Shown here piece after piece: positions 26,707 through 28,697 of a DNA stretch of 28,697 nt. Numbering within the stretch: the stretch's first letter is position 1; each line of letters opens with the position of its first letter. The notes below the pieces were generated by a model. The model made no database searches. It was not told the DNA's origin and saw only the letters and a program-made list of their open reading frames with translations. The stretch comes from Candidatus Ratteibacteria bacterium. Lineage in GTDB: Bacteria; Ratteibacteria; UBA8468; B48-G9; DTJG01. A program made the translations under genes and the position numbers. The DNA lies in NCBI GenBank assembly GCA_049971295.1, contig JBMFLH010000020.1:1-28697 (forward strand), read 5' to 3'.

Positions 26707-28343
26707 AAAATGTATTTCTTGCGCTATTGGTATTTTTTGTCGTATTTACAGGATATCCGCTTGTATTTGTTTTCTGGAAATCTGCTGATGTATCTATCCA
26801 TCTTTTTCCTGTTGTGTGGTCAAGTATCAGTGTGAGGCAGAGCTTTTTCAATAGCATTCTCCTTGCAATTTCAGTAACAATTGCAACCAGTATTATTGGT
26901 TTTCCACTGGCTTATGTAATGAGTTTCTTGAAAATCCCTGCAAAAAATTTCTGGCGAAAAGCATTTCTTCTTCCTCTTGTTGCACCGCCTTTTGTCTCTG
27001 CAATAGCCATGAGGCAGATTCTTTCGCGTTTTGGTCCGGTTAATTTGGTACTGATGAAGATGGGCATTACCACAACGCCCATAGATTTTTTAGGAACCGG
27101 CCTTGCGGGGATTTTTATACTTCAGGTTCTTCATCTGTATCCTATTATTTACCTGAACATTCTTTCATCGCTTGAAAACATAGAAACTTCCTGCATTGAA
27201 GCCGCTGAAAATCTTGGTGCCTCACTGATGCAGAATTTCAGAAAAATCATTTTTCCGCTTGCATTGCCAGGATATTTTGCCGGTGCATTTCTTGTGTTTA
27301 TATGGTCACTCACTGACCTTGGTACTCCCATTGTATTTGATTACCCGAATTTGATTCCGGTCCTGATATTTCAATCTCTTACAGACATTTATTCAAATCC
27401 AGCTGGCTATGTTCTCATTATATTTATCTGTATTCTTGCAATGATATTATTTTTCTTCACCAAATATTTGCTGACAAAAATGTCTTTCGTAGGCATAGCG
27501 AGGTATAAAACCACAATGGAACCATTACGTATTTCAACACCTGTATCAACAGCAATTTCAGTTTCTCTTGGATTTCTTCTTTTCGCCTCGCTTTTACCCC
27601 ATATATCAGTGATTCTTAATTCGATAGGGCAAAGGTGGTTTTTCACAATTCTTCCCGATAGATGGACATTTCAATATTACAAAGATGTATTTCTTCATCC
27701 AATCGCAAGAGTCAGTCTGATAAACAGTACAATTTATTGTATTATCACAGGAATATTGATTATGGTCATCAGTGTTGCCACAGGTATGATTTTATCCAGA
27801 ACGCAAATCAAGGGAAAAAACATTCTTGAAAGTTTTGTGATTCTTCCAATGGCTGTACCTGGAATTGTTTTCGCATTTTCCTATGTTGTTGCGTTTTCAG
27901 AAACCTTTATAGATGTGAGAAATTTTTCAGTGTTTCTGCTTATAGTGGCTTATGTTCTCAGACGTCTGCCATTTGCAGCAAGAGCCGTTGTCGCAAATTT
28001 TCAACAGATTGACATTTCCTGTGAAGAGGCAGCATTCAATCTTGGCGCATCAAGATGGAAAACCTTTGTCAGCATCACAATGCCAATGTTGAGAAGCGGA
28101 ATTATAGCAGGTTTCATATTCTCTTTTGCGTTTTCCATGATGGAGGTCTCGAGCAGTTTGATACTGGTGAACAAACAACAGTATTTCCCGATTGCAAAAG
28201 GGATATACCAACTGGCTGGAAGAATCACTGATGGTCCGTATATTGCGTCTGCCCTCGGAGTGCTGGGAATGATTGTCAGTTTTACGGCTTTAATGATTAT
28301 CCAAAAAATATCTGGAAAACAGGAAATATCCTTCTCTATTTAG
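26703..28343 (+). CDS. ABC transporter permease with two fused domains (FbpB/ThiP-like)
   Basis: 546 aa, many TM segments, two EAA loops (EAAENLGAS, EAAFNLGAS), PPFV and D.GTP motifs. Confidence 0.92.
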   Translation: MKNVFLALLVFFVVFTGYPLVFVFWKSADVSIHLFPVVWSSISVRQSFFNSILLAISVTIATSIIGFPLAYVMSFLKIPAKNFWRKAFLLPLVAPPFVSAIAMRQILSRFGPVNLVLMKMGITTTPIDFLGTGLAGIFILQVLHLYPIIYLNILSSLENIETSCIEAAENLGASLMQNFRKIIFPLALPGYFAGAFLVFIWSLTDLGTPIVFDYPNLIPVLIFQSLTDIYSNPAGYVLIIFICILAMILFFFTKYLLTKMSFVGIARYKTTMEPLRISTPVSTAISVSLGFLLFASLLPHISVILNSIGQRWFFTILPDRWTFQYYKDVFLHPIARVSLINSTIYCIITGILIMVISVATGMILSRTQIKGKNILESFVILPMAVPGIVFAFSYVVAFSETFIDVRNFSVFLLIVAYVLRRLPFAARAVVANFQQIDISCEEAAFNLGASRWKTFVSITMPMLRSGIIAGFIFSFAFSMMEVSSSLILVNKQQYFPIAKGIYQLAGRITDGPYIASALGVLGMIVSFTALMIIQKISGKQEISFSI

Positions 28344-28347
28344 AATA

Positions 28348-28356
28348 TGATAAAAT
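28348..28356 (+). promoter_or_regulatory. Extended -10 promoter (TG-A-TAAAAT) for tRNA-Val
   Basis: TGATAAAAT ends 9 nt upstream of the mature tRNA 5' end; TATGATAAAAT is identical to the element at 2273-2283. Confidence 0.5.
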
Positions 28357-28365
28357 AAATAATAC

Positions 28366-28438
28366 GGGCGGTTGGCTCAGGGGCAAGAGCGCCTCCCTCA
28401 CACGGAGGAGGCCGCAGGTTCAAATCCTGCACCGCCCA
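28366..28438 (+). tRNA. tRNA-Val(CAC), CCA not encoded
   Basis: Acceptor GGGCGGT/ACCGCCC plus discriminator A, D-stem GCTC/GAGC, anticodon arm CCTCC-CT CAC AC-GGAGG, T-arm GCAGG-TTCAAAT-CCTGC; followed by TTTTT rather than CCA. Confidence 0.96.
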
Positions 28439-28697
28439 TTTTTATTATCTAACAATTCCCATTTCATATTCTTTCGCTCTTTTCAAAAAATTATCTTTTA
28501 TCTGTATTAGAAATGGATTAAAAAGGTGTTGAAATAGAGTTGTATAATAGGAAGGGTCTGGCAACTGACTTTGCAACCACATCTTGAAAGAAGGACTGTT
28601 TTATTTTTTAAATCCTTCGCATTTTAGCAAAATACTGAATTTTAACCTAAAATCCCGCCTTTTTTAATAACTATGTAAAGCAATCCACCGCAATACT

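Noticed and set aside
340..28228. The many 60-195 aa alternative-frame and antisense ORFs in the track (for example 3184-3657, 8319-8906, 22201-22569)
   Set aside because: They lie within or across well-supported conserved genes and show no recognisable motifs; they are expected shadow ORFs.
28513..28669. Loose inverted repeats (ATTAAAAAGGTG ... CGCCTTTTTTAAT) suggesting a MITE, plus an AT-rich hairpin near 28621-28654
   Set aside because: Imperfect and low complexity, with no target-site duplication and no second copy in the window.
1..28697. CRISPR array, integrase or transposase, prophage, intein, defence island or genetic-code reassignment
   Set aside because: No regularly spaced repeats or mobile-element motifs were seen, DnaB and UvrA/B are of normal length, and TAA, TAG and TGA all terminate full-length genes.

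Overview
A compact, AT-rich bacterial housekeeping region with no mobile element, CRISPR array or prophage that I can see. The minus strand carries one long, tightly coupled gene run: rpsF-ssb-rpsR-rplI-dnaB-mlaE-mlaF-mlaD-radA-yacL(PIN/TRAM)-ispD-argJ-dnaJ-uvrB-FAH hydrolase-tsaC::LMW-phosphatase fusion-rpiB-pyrE. After one antisense zincin gene the minus strand continues with an AcsE-like methyltransferase, tRNA-Pro(GGG), a small 2-TM protein, a nitroreductase, a small polyproline membrane protein and a probable rRNA-operon promoter with boxA pointing off the left edge. The plus strand carries gltX-(D-lyxose isomerase)-cysS-uvrA-(DRG-like GTPase)-ABC ATPase-ABC permease, then tRNA-Val(CAC). 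The two arms start from back-to-back sigma70 promoters at about 18.4 kb. The host is probably a diderm (MCE system) and possibly an anaerobe (AcsE-like gene); that is inference. I found no clearly new multi-gene system. The best oddities are the TsaC-YwlE-like fusion, a bacterial DRG-like GTPase that appears to lack the S5D2L insert, a leaderless antisense zincin gene inside an operon-like run, a 71-nt ssb/rpsR dual-coding overlap with no SSB PF tip, a perfect 20-bp palindrome before an orphan polyproline protein, and G runs before most -10 boxes.
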